In this document: one piece after another, positions 1-13,500 of the stretch | Layout of the letters: the number at the start of each line of letters is the position of its first letter | Position numbering within the stretch: position 1 is the stretch's first letter | Assembly (NCBI GenBank): GCA_000934665.2 | Contig: JYFJ02003427.1 | Coordinates: forward strand, 1-41,796 | Length of the DNA: 41,796 nt | Direction of reading: 5' to 3' | From: Catajapyx aquilonaris | Lineage: Eukaryota | The notes under the pieces: model-generated | What the model saw: the letters and a program-made list of their open reading frames with translations, nothing else | What the model was told of the DNA's origin: nothing | Database searches by the model: none | Made by a program: the position numbers and the translations under genes

Positions 1-64
1 GGGGGGGCGAAATCTGAAATTACTTTCTAGGGGGGCCCGATGTGGCAAAGTTTGAGAACCGCTG
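1..64. mobile_element. Terminal fragment of a hAT/Charlie-like non-autonomous DNA transposon (other end outside the window)
   Basis: 51-64 TTTGAGAACCGCTG is the reverse complement of CAGCGGTTCTCAAA, resembling the Charlie/MER5-type terminus CAGTGGTTCTCAAA. It is followed by ACCTACAA (65-72), an 8-mer with central TA like Charlie target sites. Only one end is visible. Confidence 0.5.
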
Positions 65-1507
65 ACCTACAAGTTTCATGTTTTTCCCCTTTAAAAATAG
101 GGTAACCCATAATGGCAATGTTACATAAAACCCCAATATATTTGAGAATTGCATATTGTCACTTGCATTCGCATTGAATCAAGTTAATGAATTTGTGATA
201 TTAATGAAGAACAATATGCTCCAATATTTATCACTTTAACCCGTGGTGGTCCTTTTGAACGTAAAACGCCCAAAAAATTCATCTACAGGATGGTCCAGGA
301 AAATAATTAAAGTGTAATTAACTTTAAATGTCATTAAATTAATTTTAATTTTTAAAGTCACTATAAAGCCCAGAATTATCTTTTCAGAAGAGCAGGCGAG
401 TGTATTTTTTTTGGTGGAGGCGATGATGTAATAAAAACCGGGGGGTTGCCTCCCGTCCACAGAAATGTGTCCGATTTTCACTCAGTTTCTGCCGCCATGT
501 TATTCAAAATGACTTTTCGAAAGCGTCGTTTTCCACTCACTTCAACTCGTCCTAAACGTCACTTTTAGGCCGAAAATGAAAAAAAAGACGAACTAGGACA
601 CCTGCGCCATATCATCTACTATTTTTTGATGCAATTTCTGTCCCGATTGAACCATTATTGCGGCCGTACGTCCACAGAAATGTAGACATATCGAATCCCC
701 ATATGCTGCCCATGCATAAGCGAGTTTGTTTAGGTCGTCGCCAAGGGCTCCGCATTGTTACCGTATTCAAGGTAGCCTATAATCCTCCCTCACTGCGTGG
801 GAACAGTCACTTGATAGAAAAGTTTCCATTGTATATCCATGTGGTGTGTTGTGCAGGATGGATCAGACCTGCACTAGGATTCTTGGAAGGAAATAGGGTT
901 TTAAAACTTCCTTAAAATAATTGTTGCCAACAAATAGTTTTTTCCGGCAGCAACAATTTGACAAACATAAACTTGAAAGAGGGCATAATGTCCAAGGCCT
1001 CATCTGTCTCCAAGCATTTAGTTCCTGGCTGGCTGCACGCCCGTGAGCCGCGGTACGCCACTGCGGCCATGGCTATCACATGTCCGCTCAGGGTTGACCC
1101 TGTATATGCCCATAGGCACGGAAATCACCTCCTACGCAGCAATTCACTAAGATTGGGAAGTAAACAAAGCATGTGAGTGTGCCAACTCAGGCCACCTTAT
1201 TTTTAGACTCTCTTTTCGCTCTCCTCCTCACTCTCATCCCCTACTCCCTTACTCACACACGCACACACGACAAACATATAGAGAGACGACCCTGCTCGCG
1301 CGCATCTGACGTGAATTCGACAAGAGTGGACAGACAGGACAAGGGACCAACATTCGCATGGAGCGACACGCGCTCTGACCTCGTTCATCAGGCCGCAACA
1401 ATGGTAACCGCGTCGCCGTTGTTTGCGGTCACCATGCTGCGGCGACAATGTGTGCGAACAATCGGCCTGGTCAATAAGTGAGAGGAGGGCGAATAGATCT
1501 CAGCATC

Positions 1508-4500
1508 ATGGCGGCCAGACCACGACATTCTGGTGCGGGCGGGCTCACGGGCCGCACCGGGGCAGGGGACAAACCCACCTACGATTGGAAGGACATCAAG
1601 CATGGGCAGGCCAAGAAGGCGACGACGCCCAAGAACCAGGAAGGAGACCTCATGTTCAAAATGTGCAAGAAGATTTCGCAACTCACCAAGGTAAGTGAAG
1701 GACGTTTGCGGGGAAGAGCGGCGACGTCAACTTGGTTGCAAAGATTAGCCGACGCTCTTTTTAAGAGAAAGTTGTTGTTGGCATGAATAGTCTGAAGTTC
1801 GTCGCAAAACGCTGAATTGGACATGAGCAAGTGCGGAAAAACTACCAACTGATTTCTTCAGAGTGTAAAACTTGGACACTTAATAAACACATACTAGCTT
1901 CAGTGACAGCTACGACTTGACGCACCAATCAAACTAAATTACTATAGCTTCTGGGCTGTTTCCCCGTCATAAATGGCGTCGTTTTGCGAGTAAAAATACT
2001 CAAGCACGATAACCACTGCAATATCATGCATCACTTGGCAGTCTAAACACTTCGCTTTTTTTCTTTCTTTCTTCCACGTTACATACAGGTTATATACAAC
2101 CTGCATATGAAGAATGACGATCTGGAGCTGCAACTTGAAAACACCTCGTCTCATTACACGCGCAAGATGAAGGAGCTTCAGGAGGAACTGGACAAGAAGG
2201 ATGCGAAAATCGCGATTCACGTAAGAACAAGGTTTAGTGTAATGCATGAACGCAATACACGTATTGTTAAAACTACGTATATACACTTAATTTTCGTTGG
2301 TACAACCCTGCTTCAAAAGTCGAACTGTGGCAGCATAAAATAGAGGCTTGCGTCCTCCACTTCGCATCAGCAGGATAGGCATTCTGACCTTTCCTTTTCT
2401 CCAGTCGTATGTTGGCAGAAGGTCCAACACCGCGTGCCAAGTCGGTATTATGCAATCTCCACCCCCCTCTCGAATCCAGAAGCGTGCCGCCAATCCAATC
2501 GTCAACAATAGCCCCAGTTCAGAAGGGTACATTGTTATAGCAAAGCGTGTTGCGTCGCGCGTGGCATGCAAATAAACTAGCTAGCTCCCGAAGGCGGTCT
2601 AGAAATAACTCAAGTGGAGAGAAGCCGAGAAAAATGCCTTGCAGTCGATTGGGATTGACATGGAAGCAGGGACAGGTGGAGAGGAGGGGAGGGGGGGACA
2701 ACAGCCCCCAAAAATACACCGGGACTTGCTGCGCTGCCGTGCTTTTTTGTTGCACCTTGTATTTAGCAATGAATCGCACGGTTACATAGCTCTGGTCCTG
2801 GTCAAGTCCAAGAGGACAGTCCTATAGAGGAGCTGGTTGCATATTGGAATGTGGACCACCATATGTCGAAGGATCGTTTTACGTTGACGCTTCTTTTTTT
2901 TATCTCTCTAATGCACAAAAAAGTGTAGACAGCTATTGCCGTAAAGTTTTTCAACTATTTTGGAACCGGAAGGTATTTGTTACGTCGTGTATATACCCCA
3001 TTTATCGTCCAACCATGAGGCAGGGGATAGTAACTTCAGCCGTATAGGCATCGTGGCGGGTGTATCAGTGTTGAAAGTCACATACACTATATTATGACTA
3101 TAAATAAATGGGTCCTTCTGGGCCGATTCGTGTCAAGANGATGAAGCGTGGCAACACGTGATGACGTGCGTAATGACGTCGAAAAACAGACAGAGATGCG
3201 ATTGATTCACGCGTCCTGGAATTGCTTGCTAAATATCCATCTCCTTAACCTTCAGGAGGAACGGGAAAGGGAGACCAAGAGCCAAGTGGAGGACCTCCAA
3301 GGCAGCGTAGCCGTTCAGGAGCGAGCCCGGATGATCCTCTCGGAAGAATTTAACCAGATCAAGACCAGGTATGCAGTGCACCAAAACGAAATATACCACA
3401 GGCCTGTGCCGCCGTATGTTCCGGCTGCTAGTGTAGCTCAGAATGCTCTAGAAATGTGGAGATTATCTTCAAATGTTCGAGCATACGGCACGCCGTACAA
3501 GGTTCGAGTCGTTGAATTTTCCCTTAATTCAAGATGGTCTAATTGTAAGTAAATCATACATGTTTAAACAGCTGGATCTAAACACAAAAATGGTATAGAG
3601 CTGTTTGAAATTTTTTTGTCGCAGTTCCGCAGGTTTAGATTCAAATCATTGCATTGTCCCAAAAATATGCAAACTGGTAAGCCTAGTTTGTGAACTCGGT
3701 ACCTGTAGATCGTCGAAGAAAATAATTATGTCTCAAATGATGTATTAATAAATTAAGTATTGTTACGATATACGGGCGTCAAGTACAAAAGTTCAAATTC
3801 AACATAATTAAGAACCTAGTCCTACGTGCTGGGTATAGCTTGTGTGACAGGATTTTGCTGGCATCTTTGATATGCGCTGTCAGGGGGTGGGGGGATCCCA
3901 GTGGGTATATTATGAATGAGATTGTAAATATGTGCCATAAGATTATAAGTTGACAAAGCAGTGTTGCTATATACTAATATATTCTTCCAATAATAATCGT
4001 AATCTTGCTTTTCAACCAGGAAGATCTACATCAGGGATCGAAATTTTCGGATGCAAAGGTGCAATTTGCACTCCAAAATTGTTATCTGCACATCCAAACT
4101 GAGCCTTGGAGTGCATTTTGCACTCCAGAGTGGAAATTTTAACATAGCTAAACCCAGGACAGTAATGAAAAATAAGTAATTTGCACTCCAGATGACAGTC
4201 TGGAGCATGGTCTGTGGAGTTCAAACGTTGCTCCTAGACAAAAAAATAAAAGATTCGACTCCTGCTACATATTCCGTTTGTGATGGGTGCGGTGGTTAGT
4301 AAAATATTGTAGCCATGCCAAGGGGAGTGCTCAGTTGCAACACATGGGATGTGTGTGGGTCTGTTGGACTCGTAACAGCATGCATCCCATGTGCTACGAG
4401 CATAAACTGCTTATCTAGCAGAGCTGAAATGTGACTGGAGTCATCCCCCATTTACGTCACCAGGAGTCTCGGAAAAAATTGTGACGCAACTTCTTCTGAT

Positions 4501-7500
4501 AAATATATTTTTAAATGGTCCTTACACAAAGACGCATGCATCCAACGTGGTTCTTCGCACAGAAATTTTGAACCAGCGCTACTTGAACTTGCAGATTTCC
4601 AGAAAAATTTATTGCGTTTGTGGTCACTTTCATGGCAACCTGCAGGTATACCGTGTGACTCGGAATTTATCTCACATCCGTGCAGGTGGAAATCTCGCGT
4701 TTTTCGTCTCAGTCACCTCACCGTGACGTTTGGCGCATATATTTTATGTACGAGTATAAGTTACTACTGGAAAGTCCTTCAAATGAGCGTGGAACTCACT
4801 GAGTAAATACGTACATTTGCACGTGAGGCGACAACATCCGAGTCTACATGAGAATCTTTCGAGATTTGAACCTGTGCGGATGTGAGCTTAATTATAAAAC
4901 GCAAAAAGGATGCCGCTGTCCTCTCTGAGTCGTGTATTTTCTGACCATTCCAGTGCGGAGGACAAGGAGCGCCAGATGAACAACGAGTTCCAGCAGCAAA
5001 TCCAGGCCCTGACGAGCGAGTCTGAGGAGTCGAAGAAGGCATTCCAGGAGCAGTTCCAGAAGCAGCAGAGGGAGCTGGACAAGGCCCTGCTGTCCTGGAG
5101 GGACGACGTGCACCACATAAAGGCCAGGCACGCCAAGGAGATTGAGAAGCAGAAGGAGGAGATGGAGGAGGCCTCCAGGGAAAAGGTGAGGAAGATGGAG
5201 GTGGAGCAGGCGGAGGAGCTGCTGGCCCTGAAGGCCGTGCTGACCCAGCAGCTGGAAGAGGCGCAGGTGCAGGTGGGCAAGGCGGAGGAGGAGGGCCAGG
5301 AGGCCAGGACAGCCGCGGACATCGCCCAGAAGGAAATTCTGGCCTTAAAAAGAGAGGAGGTGCTCATCAGGGAAAGAGTCGCCAGAGTCAGGTAGGTGCA
5401 ATTTACGAGGACACGCTAAGGTGAACTACTCTGCCAGTGATCGGGAAACTATAATATTATAAACGTGCTCATGGCGTATCAGACACAATATTGTGTTCCT
5501 CGAGATGCACGCGGCAACACCTTGAAGACTGGGCTTGCATTGTTACACAATATCTCGATTGGGGCAGTGGAAAGGAGTGGGATCAAATTACACATTGGGT
5601 CTAGAGTGCCTTAAGGTATTGCCTGAACATTACGCACGCATGCCTTACAAATATACGCAGTGATTGCTGCGTATGAGTTATTCACTTGAACAAGTCCAAC
5701 TCGCTGAACGCACGGGCGTATATCATCCTGGCTACCCCGCAACCAACATTTCTTCTATTTCCGACTCTTCTCAGGGGGCGTCACGGGCTACGTGGGCTAT
5801 ACTGTTTGGTTCTCGTGATTTGGGAAGGGAATTTCAGCAACACATTTTCCGGACTCTTCAACTTAAGCGACGCCATTTGGCAACGGAAATGATGCTACTG
5901 TATATTTGAAATATTTCAACAAAACTTACCGCGTACACATTTTAAAGCCGATTCCGCATTGCACCAACACATAGTCAAGAAATATGAATTTTTGGGGGGA
6001 AGAGAAAACACAGCACGTGCTACACAAAAAGATCCGAGCAGGCATCCACATTAATGTGGTTTAATGCAACAATAGGTATTGTCCATCAGTAGGACGTTGT
6101 AGAATACAGGGTGAGTCATCCCATCCATGCACCATATAGGATACTCGTTGACGCGATGTAAATCTAAAAATGTAGTAGAGGTGACAAATATCGAGACATC
6201 AATCGCTAACGACGTGGAGGACGACGAAGGGGCCCCTTAGACAAACACACCTTATCATGGAATAAGACCCTTCATAGGGAGCACGAATCAGGAGTTTCGG
6301 TCATCGTCGTCTGCATACTTGACACTTGGATTTTCCATTTTCGACAGTATGTTCTACGTAGCATTTTAGGTTTGTTTTAGGCCAATAATCAAAATCATCA
6401 TCACAACAACAATATGTGGGCTATACATTGATGCGGCTATAGCATACTCTGTATATATGAAATGATTTCTCCGCGCATTTATTGATGGACTCAACTGAAG
6501 CTAATAAGTTGCATCTCGACGTGCACTTTTCGTGAATTATTAATAGAGCGTGGGTAAATCGGAAGGTAGCCGCGGCACCCTGGCAAGGTTCCAGTGACGT
6601 CCTCGAAGGTAGGCTCTCTCTCCCTTGCATCTGCAAGGCTCGCTTGAGAACCAGTCTCAAAGTGCGCTGGGTCCCTGCAGTACACTTCTTAGTTTGTGGA
6701 CTGCGTCGTTCGTTGTAAGTCACTTTTTTTTCTCTTCGTGTCAGCTTTGCAATACGCACATGATGCGACTTGGCGATAGAAATAGTGGGTAGAGGGAGTG
6801 GGGGGAGGGCTAAACAAGCTCGTTAGCATCTGAAATTGGAAAATTTTGAAACGAGGCGCATCAGTAGCAGGTCGGTTCGGTGCCAAGAAAGGTGTTTCAC
6901 AACACAAAAGGACGGGAATAGACGCTTGGTATAAGCGGGCTTAGACAGAAGCAAAACAAACTTCATTTCACCACAAACAGTGCAGGTCATGGGAGTGTTT
7001 AGTCACCTCTTACAGACAACACCCTCGAGGTCTTTCACATCATGCCTTGTGACAGCACTTGCTTCATATTAAACAGACAAAGGAGCTGCGTCTAAAGGAG
7101 CATATACCCGGTCGCGCTTTTTGCGCTGTTCGCTGAAGTATAGGATATGTCGCAGGAGCTACACGCTTCATATATCTGGGGACTGAAGCATGAAATTTAC
7201 ATTAATTTTAAACAAAAATATTTGTTCGTGGTTTTCAATGTAGACCTACCGTTTATGCTCCCTGTTCGCAGTGATATCGAGTGGTACACTTTTGCATAAT
7301 ATACTGAATTTGCTATGATTTGGCTCGATCATTATTAATTCTGACTGTGGGCTTATTAGCTGCTGTATATTGCTGCAGAGCTGTGGAGCTGAGAGTAGGC
7401 TATACGCCTAGCTAGGCCTTCCCCCTAATTTTGTTCCATGTTCCGTATATGCTGTTGGCCATTAGTTAATGGGCAGACAGACCTTGTCCTGTTGGACATA

Positions 7501-10500
7501 TGCCCCAAGGCTAGTGTCAGGCGAAACTAATATGAGCTCCAGTAGGGATGGACGTGTGGATCGCTGATTACCAGCCGTCTCTGTGGGCTATTTAACTGCT
7601 GGTTAATTATTGTCAGAGTGGATTTTGAACGTTCTAAATCTGCCATCAGGAGCGAGGAGGAAAAATAATTATTACGCATTCTTTTTCCCCTCCTAAATGC
7701 TTCTTTCTGCAGTACAGCATAATTAAGCATCTGATGGGATCGAATATTGTTATTCTGTACAACAACAAAAAAATCATATTCAGTGTTGAGGAGCGTATAA
7801 TGACAACCTTCAGTCGCGTAATTGTCAGCTTTCGAAACAGAATGTTGCCATTCAAGGTTAGTCTTATATGATGCGAATGGTATAGATACGTACTATAGAA
7901 TAACGCCCAATAAGAAAATGAAAGCTAATAATGCACAATCTCCTGAACCTATAGATATACCATGCTGGGTGCTTACTGACGAATAGCATAATAAAAATAT
8001 TTTTGAAAGGTGTATTCATCAATGATAATATTGATTTTCCCTCCTGGCGCGGCACTTTTTAGTTAATATTGTTCTTGATGTAAGAAGGAAGTGAGTAATG
8101 TTTTCGTCCAGTTCGAGTTTTGATGGAAATCTCTGAGCTTACTGTCTCAATATTGATACTTTTCTATTGAATTTAACTGCAAAAAATGTGTTAAATTTTT
8201 TATTTTTACTTTAACGGTTTGTGGCAGGATATACGTAGCGGTAACTGCATAAATATTGTGGAGCATCTGAGGAAAATGTCACTAATGCATTGAAATAAAA
8301 ACATGCGCGTAGTCGTCCGCCTCAAGGTGGATGATACGCATGTGTTCATTTGAATACGGACATTCTACTGATGCAGGGAAATCAGTGCATGTGTTTGTAA
8401 CATCGATTACTTTTAATTAATTCAAACGTCAGTATCAGTGAACAGTGCTGTTTCGAAATGATTCAGTATACCATCACGATAATAAGTAGTACTAAACTCT
8501 ATCCACCTTATCATTAGCGACACAAAAGTTGGTCTTCCATTTGATGTAATAAGTCTAATTCGCGTCGAATTATTTCAGTGTCGTATTTCCGAAGATGGCT
8601 ATTCTATCTTTCCACAATATGACGCAGAATTTATACAAAAAAACGAGATGTTCCTCTGCTATGTCGGTACTAAGTTAAATATAATAATTTCTGCTAAAAT
8701 GGTTGACACACAGGTTCCCTGTAAAGTCTCTATCACGTTTAATGGAACTCTATAATTTCTTGACAGAAACTTGTGCCAGACAATTATTACCTCCATGTAC
8801 AGTTTATCCCAAGTAAATAATTATTCTGGATCTTTCCCCACTTTAAGAGTACTTGCTATACGCAACATTGATCGCACTGTACTTGACTTCTAAACCGCTG
8901 CCACATGCACTTTCCTTGCACGACATGTTTGGTCGCGAAAGGGATCCCAATTTGTGTAATTCGGGAATCGCAGTCATCCAGTTTCTCGACCTTTCCCTCA
9001 TCGGTCCTCCGCGAGGAGAAAACTCCTCCGTGAAGCGAAACCATCCAAGTTATTTCCGCGTATTATTAGCCCCGACGCCCGCGATGTGTGAGGTCAAGAC
9101 AAACTTTGGGTCAGAAGCCAAAAAATGTCTCCTCCTCGCCCCCCGTCCCAACCAACACGTGGGGCACAAAATATCCGCAGAAGATTTGGATGGGCCAGCA
9201 TACAGTGCAGCAGCGCATGCTCTCATTGTAAATCCATGTTTGGCCGGCAAAAATTGTGCAAAGACTTGGTATGGGAAGGCGGTGCCCATTTGGCAAGCGG
9301 GTCTATTAATAGGTCGCGGGCCTGTGTGTCTGGCAAGAGGAGGCATCGGAGGAAACCTCAGATATACACGAACTGCACGGAGGCATGCAACGCCACTTAT
9401 TATTCGCGGAGGAGACCACCCTGTAGTATACACTGTATACATAGGAAGGCTGTCGTCGGTGTTGACCCCTTGGTTGTGACCTATGGCTTTGGACGCGTGG
9501 GTAGGGCAGTGAGAACAAGTGCATGGAAGATCTAATCAAGCAGATTGCGTTGGTCCAGGATAATGGGCGCAGCCTGGACTGCTGCTCATTGCGAAACTTC
9601 TTCAATTACTGGTGAGTTGCGAGTGCGCGCCTTTTAATGCGGCCATCACTCCGGGGAACACATTTATTTTTCTTCTCCGCTTTAATTTTTGTGCATGTGC
9701 CGATGCGTGCGTGCAAAATACTTGATCGTGCATCTTGTGGCAATTAATTCTGTCAAATTGTATAACATCGCCCTTGTGCTGTTGATACGAAGAGCCTGTA
9801 CCGATGCGACCGTCCGCCATCTACGTGCAGCCTCCTGAATTTAACCACGAAGTGGTGCTAAATATATCCCCGTGATTCACCATCGCTAATTATTTCAGCA
9901 CTAATTGACTCACTTGTTTGTTCGCTGAAACCGCGAGTTAATAAAATGACAAGTCACCAAAAAAAAGGTTCCTGGATTAGATTGTTAGATACACTGGGTT
10001 TGTGGTTTGCGTTGGCTTTATGGATCAATTTGGCGGAATTTCCGTGGGACCTTCTCAAATGAAGTTGTTTCCTTCTCTGAAAATTATTACACGATCTTGC
10101 AAGCCAAAAATGCAGGAATGTATATAGATATACCCAACTGCACATCATCTCTCTGGGCACCTAGCCTCCCTTTTTTATACCTTATTCCCAAGGATGCGGT
10201 TACTGTATAGATCCAGGGATCCAGGATAGGTGAACCTCGCATAATGTTAGAGAAAAGTATATTGTGATCTGGGAATGTGGGCCTAGTAAATAACTCGGCA
10301 AATATCCTCCTCCGGTAAGTCCCATGGCTCCTGGCCAATAGCGAATCCCCGGATGGGTTGGTTGTAAATATTTGGACACACACACAAAAAAAAAACCAGC
10401 AGCCTTGTGTACTCCTCAGAGGGTCTTCTCTTGCTGGCCTCCCCAGGTTCGTTGCACTAACCAGAACGCTCGATCCGAAACCAGCAACAGGCCAAAAAAG

Positions 10501-13500
10501 AACCCGTTTATTGACACGTGCTGGTAAAGGATGGAAAACGAGATTCCCAATTAGCTTATACGTATTAATAGCAGCGGTGAGTGGTTGTCGCACAGCCTCG
10601 AGGGAGGATATTTTTAACAGCAAGCCTGTCAGGATCAGGATGGATTTCTCCGTGCACGGGGAGTCCGCAAGTGACCAAACAGTCCACCGTCTAAAAATGA
10701 GATATTGGCCCGAGACAACGGAGTTCCAGGTGTATTGCTCACCTGTTGGGGGCTGGCCGGCAGAGTCAACTACTAACAGTTGTAGGGAACTGGGCCAGAA
10801 TTTCGAGGGCTATTTGGTTTGCTGCCCCACTTGCTCTCCCATCTCTCTCTCTGCCCGACTTGGAAGTAGGGCAATCCCCAAAAACCATCACGTAACTTGG
10901 TCCGTTCGGGACTTCAAAGTGGGTCGGTGGCGAAGAATAGGGGACCTGATTTTCGACACTGGATGGAAAGGAAGAGTGCAATATGGACATGTAACCTAAT
11001 ACACTCCAGCTGATGACTTTGGAATGTCTATATTCATTTTATCGCAATCTCACGCTCCAAAATATATCGAGAAGATGCGGACTTGTCAATCCATGCATGA
11101 TTATTTCAAAAGTACTGTGTACTGTCTTGTAATTTTTTTAAAAAATCTAAGGCTTTGGATTAGGACTGCCACAAGCTACAGGCTTCGAGTGTATTGGAGC
11201 AAAGTGTTTTAGAGGCTGATAGGTTTTCCTGGTCGGGGACCTACGGTATATTTAAACTTCCTGCAAACGGAAGGAGGATAAGCCCAGGGACTACGACCCC
11301 ACCAAGGATTTCACATGCTATTTTTTATTTGAAACGTGTTTTTTTCCCCCTCCTTCTTCTCGCCCTTCCTCTGGCTAGGTCCCAGCATGTTCCGTCCCGT
11401 TTTGGAGGACAGGCAGGGACAATCCCCGCCTTGAAACTTAATTTTTCGCTCATGGTGAATGGCTGTCCTGTAACTCTTTATCATGATCGGTGTTTCATCT
11501 TCCTCTTTTTTTACAAGCAGTTATAACTTGCTCCTCTGTTACTCTACAGTACAAACGAAAGTGTGACAGCTACTGTGGCATTGAACCGAAGCTTCCTTTC
11601 AGCCCGTGTATTTCCGTTCGCACAGACACATTTGGAATGACCTACTTCGAACCACTGGCTTCCGAGGTCAAGGGTTGAACCCATTTTTTTCCCCGGACGT
11701 CTGATTCCTACTGTAGAGGCCAACAAAGAAAATGTCTCCAGTCAATCTGACTTTCGATTATAAAAATATTTGTTGGCTCTTAGAAGTAACGGCAAATGTC
11801 AGCACACATCTTGAATTGAAGGCGGATTAGTTCCAGGTTTGATAGCAAGTGTGTGGTCAATTAAGATTAAGAGAGTTAAAAATAAACATGTGATTATGAA
11901 ATTTCAAGCTCTATAGGAAGGCGTGAAAAATAGGTATTGCACATTTCTTTTTGGGAAAAAATAACACGTCCTTCATATACAGAGCTAACATGTCATTCAT
12001 TACACTCTGTCGCATTAATGTAATTTTAGCAGCGCTTTAGCAACAGGACAGTTCAAGTACTGGCGAGTAACGCGGTGTGCGTCTGTACGCAACTACATTT
12101 CATTATAGCGGCAGTAAAATTGTCAAAAAAACTTTTACGATCCAACATTCGGCCTTTTTTTTGGCAAACGGAGTCCCTCGGTTGCATTCAGTCGACGAAA
12201 GGACCGAGGACACGCTTTTTAATAATTATTTACTCTCGTTATTTTTTTGTTTGTTTATGGGACCTTGGTTTTGTGGGTGTTGAGGAGCGGGGGTGGGAAA
12301 TAATCTGAGAGCAGTGGGGGGATCTAAAATTAGGGTCGATGTTGGGTGAAATCCAATGTGGCAAAGGGACCCCTTGTATCTCTGGGTTCTTAAGGAGTCA
12401 AGTACCAAGAGCTGAGGAGGAATGAACGCACCCTTGGTGTGACCCAATCAAACTCCGGACATGGAGCTAAAATTTTGCGTCAATTGTCGTTAGTTCGCGG
12501 GGGCTCATCAGTATGTTTGGGTTTCTTCGAAGGCGGAAGAGGAGAGGGAAAGGGCACAGGTGTAACGGGCTGGTAACCCCGGACAAGTGTACCGGTACGG
12601 TCAACGACTGTTCGGTCAAGGATGTGCCGAGTGATTTGCAGTAAGGGGAATTTATTCGCGTCCAAGTTCATTGCCGACGAGGTGTGTCTAATTGGACTTC
12701 TTTCCAGGAAAGAGCTTCTGGAGGAGGAGGACCGCCACAAGGAGCACCTGGCCAAGTTCGAAGACAGGCTGAGAGCCAAGCAAAGTGAGACCGACCGCCT
12801 GGCCTCGGAGCTGTCCCGCCTGAAGAAGGACCTGGAGGGCAAAAGCACGGAGATCCAAGGTAACTCCCCGTCACTCAATATCTTGGCTCTTGCCAATATG
12901 ATTTCCCATGAGGCGGCCATGTGTTCTCCACCTACTTTTGCTGGCCTTTTGGGCAGATGAGAAGAAGGGTCAAAATAGCCACGGTTTACAATATGAGAGA
13001 TGTTCCCGGTTTTTAGAGGGTGTTTACAACCCCTTTTCTCAGATCTGACGTCGAAGCTGAGAGATGCGCAGAGCCAGGGAGATTCTACCCTGAAGAAGAT
13101 GTACCAGATGGAAGGGGAGCTGGACGACTTCAAGAACAGGACAGCCCAGCTACAGACCTCGTTGAGCCTCAAAGCAAGTGAGTTTGCTCGGCACAGCTGC
13201 GCTATTCTTGAACCAAATTCTGTCTTATCTCAATCTCACGCCATATCATATATATAGGACACTGCTGGAGTTTACAATATTTTAACCACGGTATGTTGTG
13301 CTTTTCGACGATTCACAGCGCAAATCGAAGACTTGGAAGGTAGTCAAGACGACCTGAAAAAAATGAAGCTCCTGTACGAAGAGAAGCTGAAGGGCCTTGA
13401 GTCCAAGCTGAAGGAGGCGGAGGAGGAGAAGAATAAGAGCATCAAGGAGAAGCGCCAGATCGAAGAGGAGAGGGACGAGGAGATGAAGATGATTCAGGAG

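Noticed and set aside
236..690. TTAA-CCC piggyBac-like end at 236 and the direct repeat CGTCCACAGAAATGT (about 455 and 669)
   Set aside because: No matching GGG-TTAA inverted end found. Possibly a TE remnant but cannot be delimited.
3434..3511. tRNA/SINE-like A-box (TAGCTCAG) and B-box (GGTTCGAGTC)
   Set aside because: Both boxes are imperfect and no acceptor stem or cloverleaf can be built.
4888..5367. Long minus-strand ORFs over FAM184 and SLC5 exons (also 12480-13172, 14116-14493, 28369-28731)
   Set aside because: Antisense shadows of GC3-rich coding exons, with no recognisable protein features.
8853..9479. 208-aa ORF and overlapping ORFs in FAM184 intron 4
   Set aside because: Non-ATG start and no recognisable domain or codon bias. 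Partly overlaps weak inverted ends (about 9050 and 9400) of a likely decayed repeat.
10087..10999. 178-aa and 213-aa overlapping ORFs
   Set aside because: Non-ATG starts and no recognisable motifs; consistent with chance ORFs.
12484..12520. Minus-strand CTGATGAG...CGAA hammerhead-like core
   Set aside because: Has GAAC instead of GAAA, and stems I and III do not form.
13174..13183. Apparent GCAAGT donor in FAM184 exon 6
   Set aside because: The next exon needs phase 1, which the canonical A|GTGAGT at 13178 provides.
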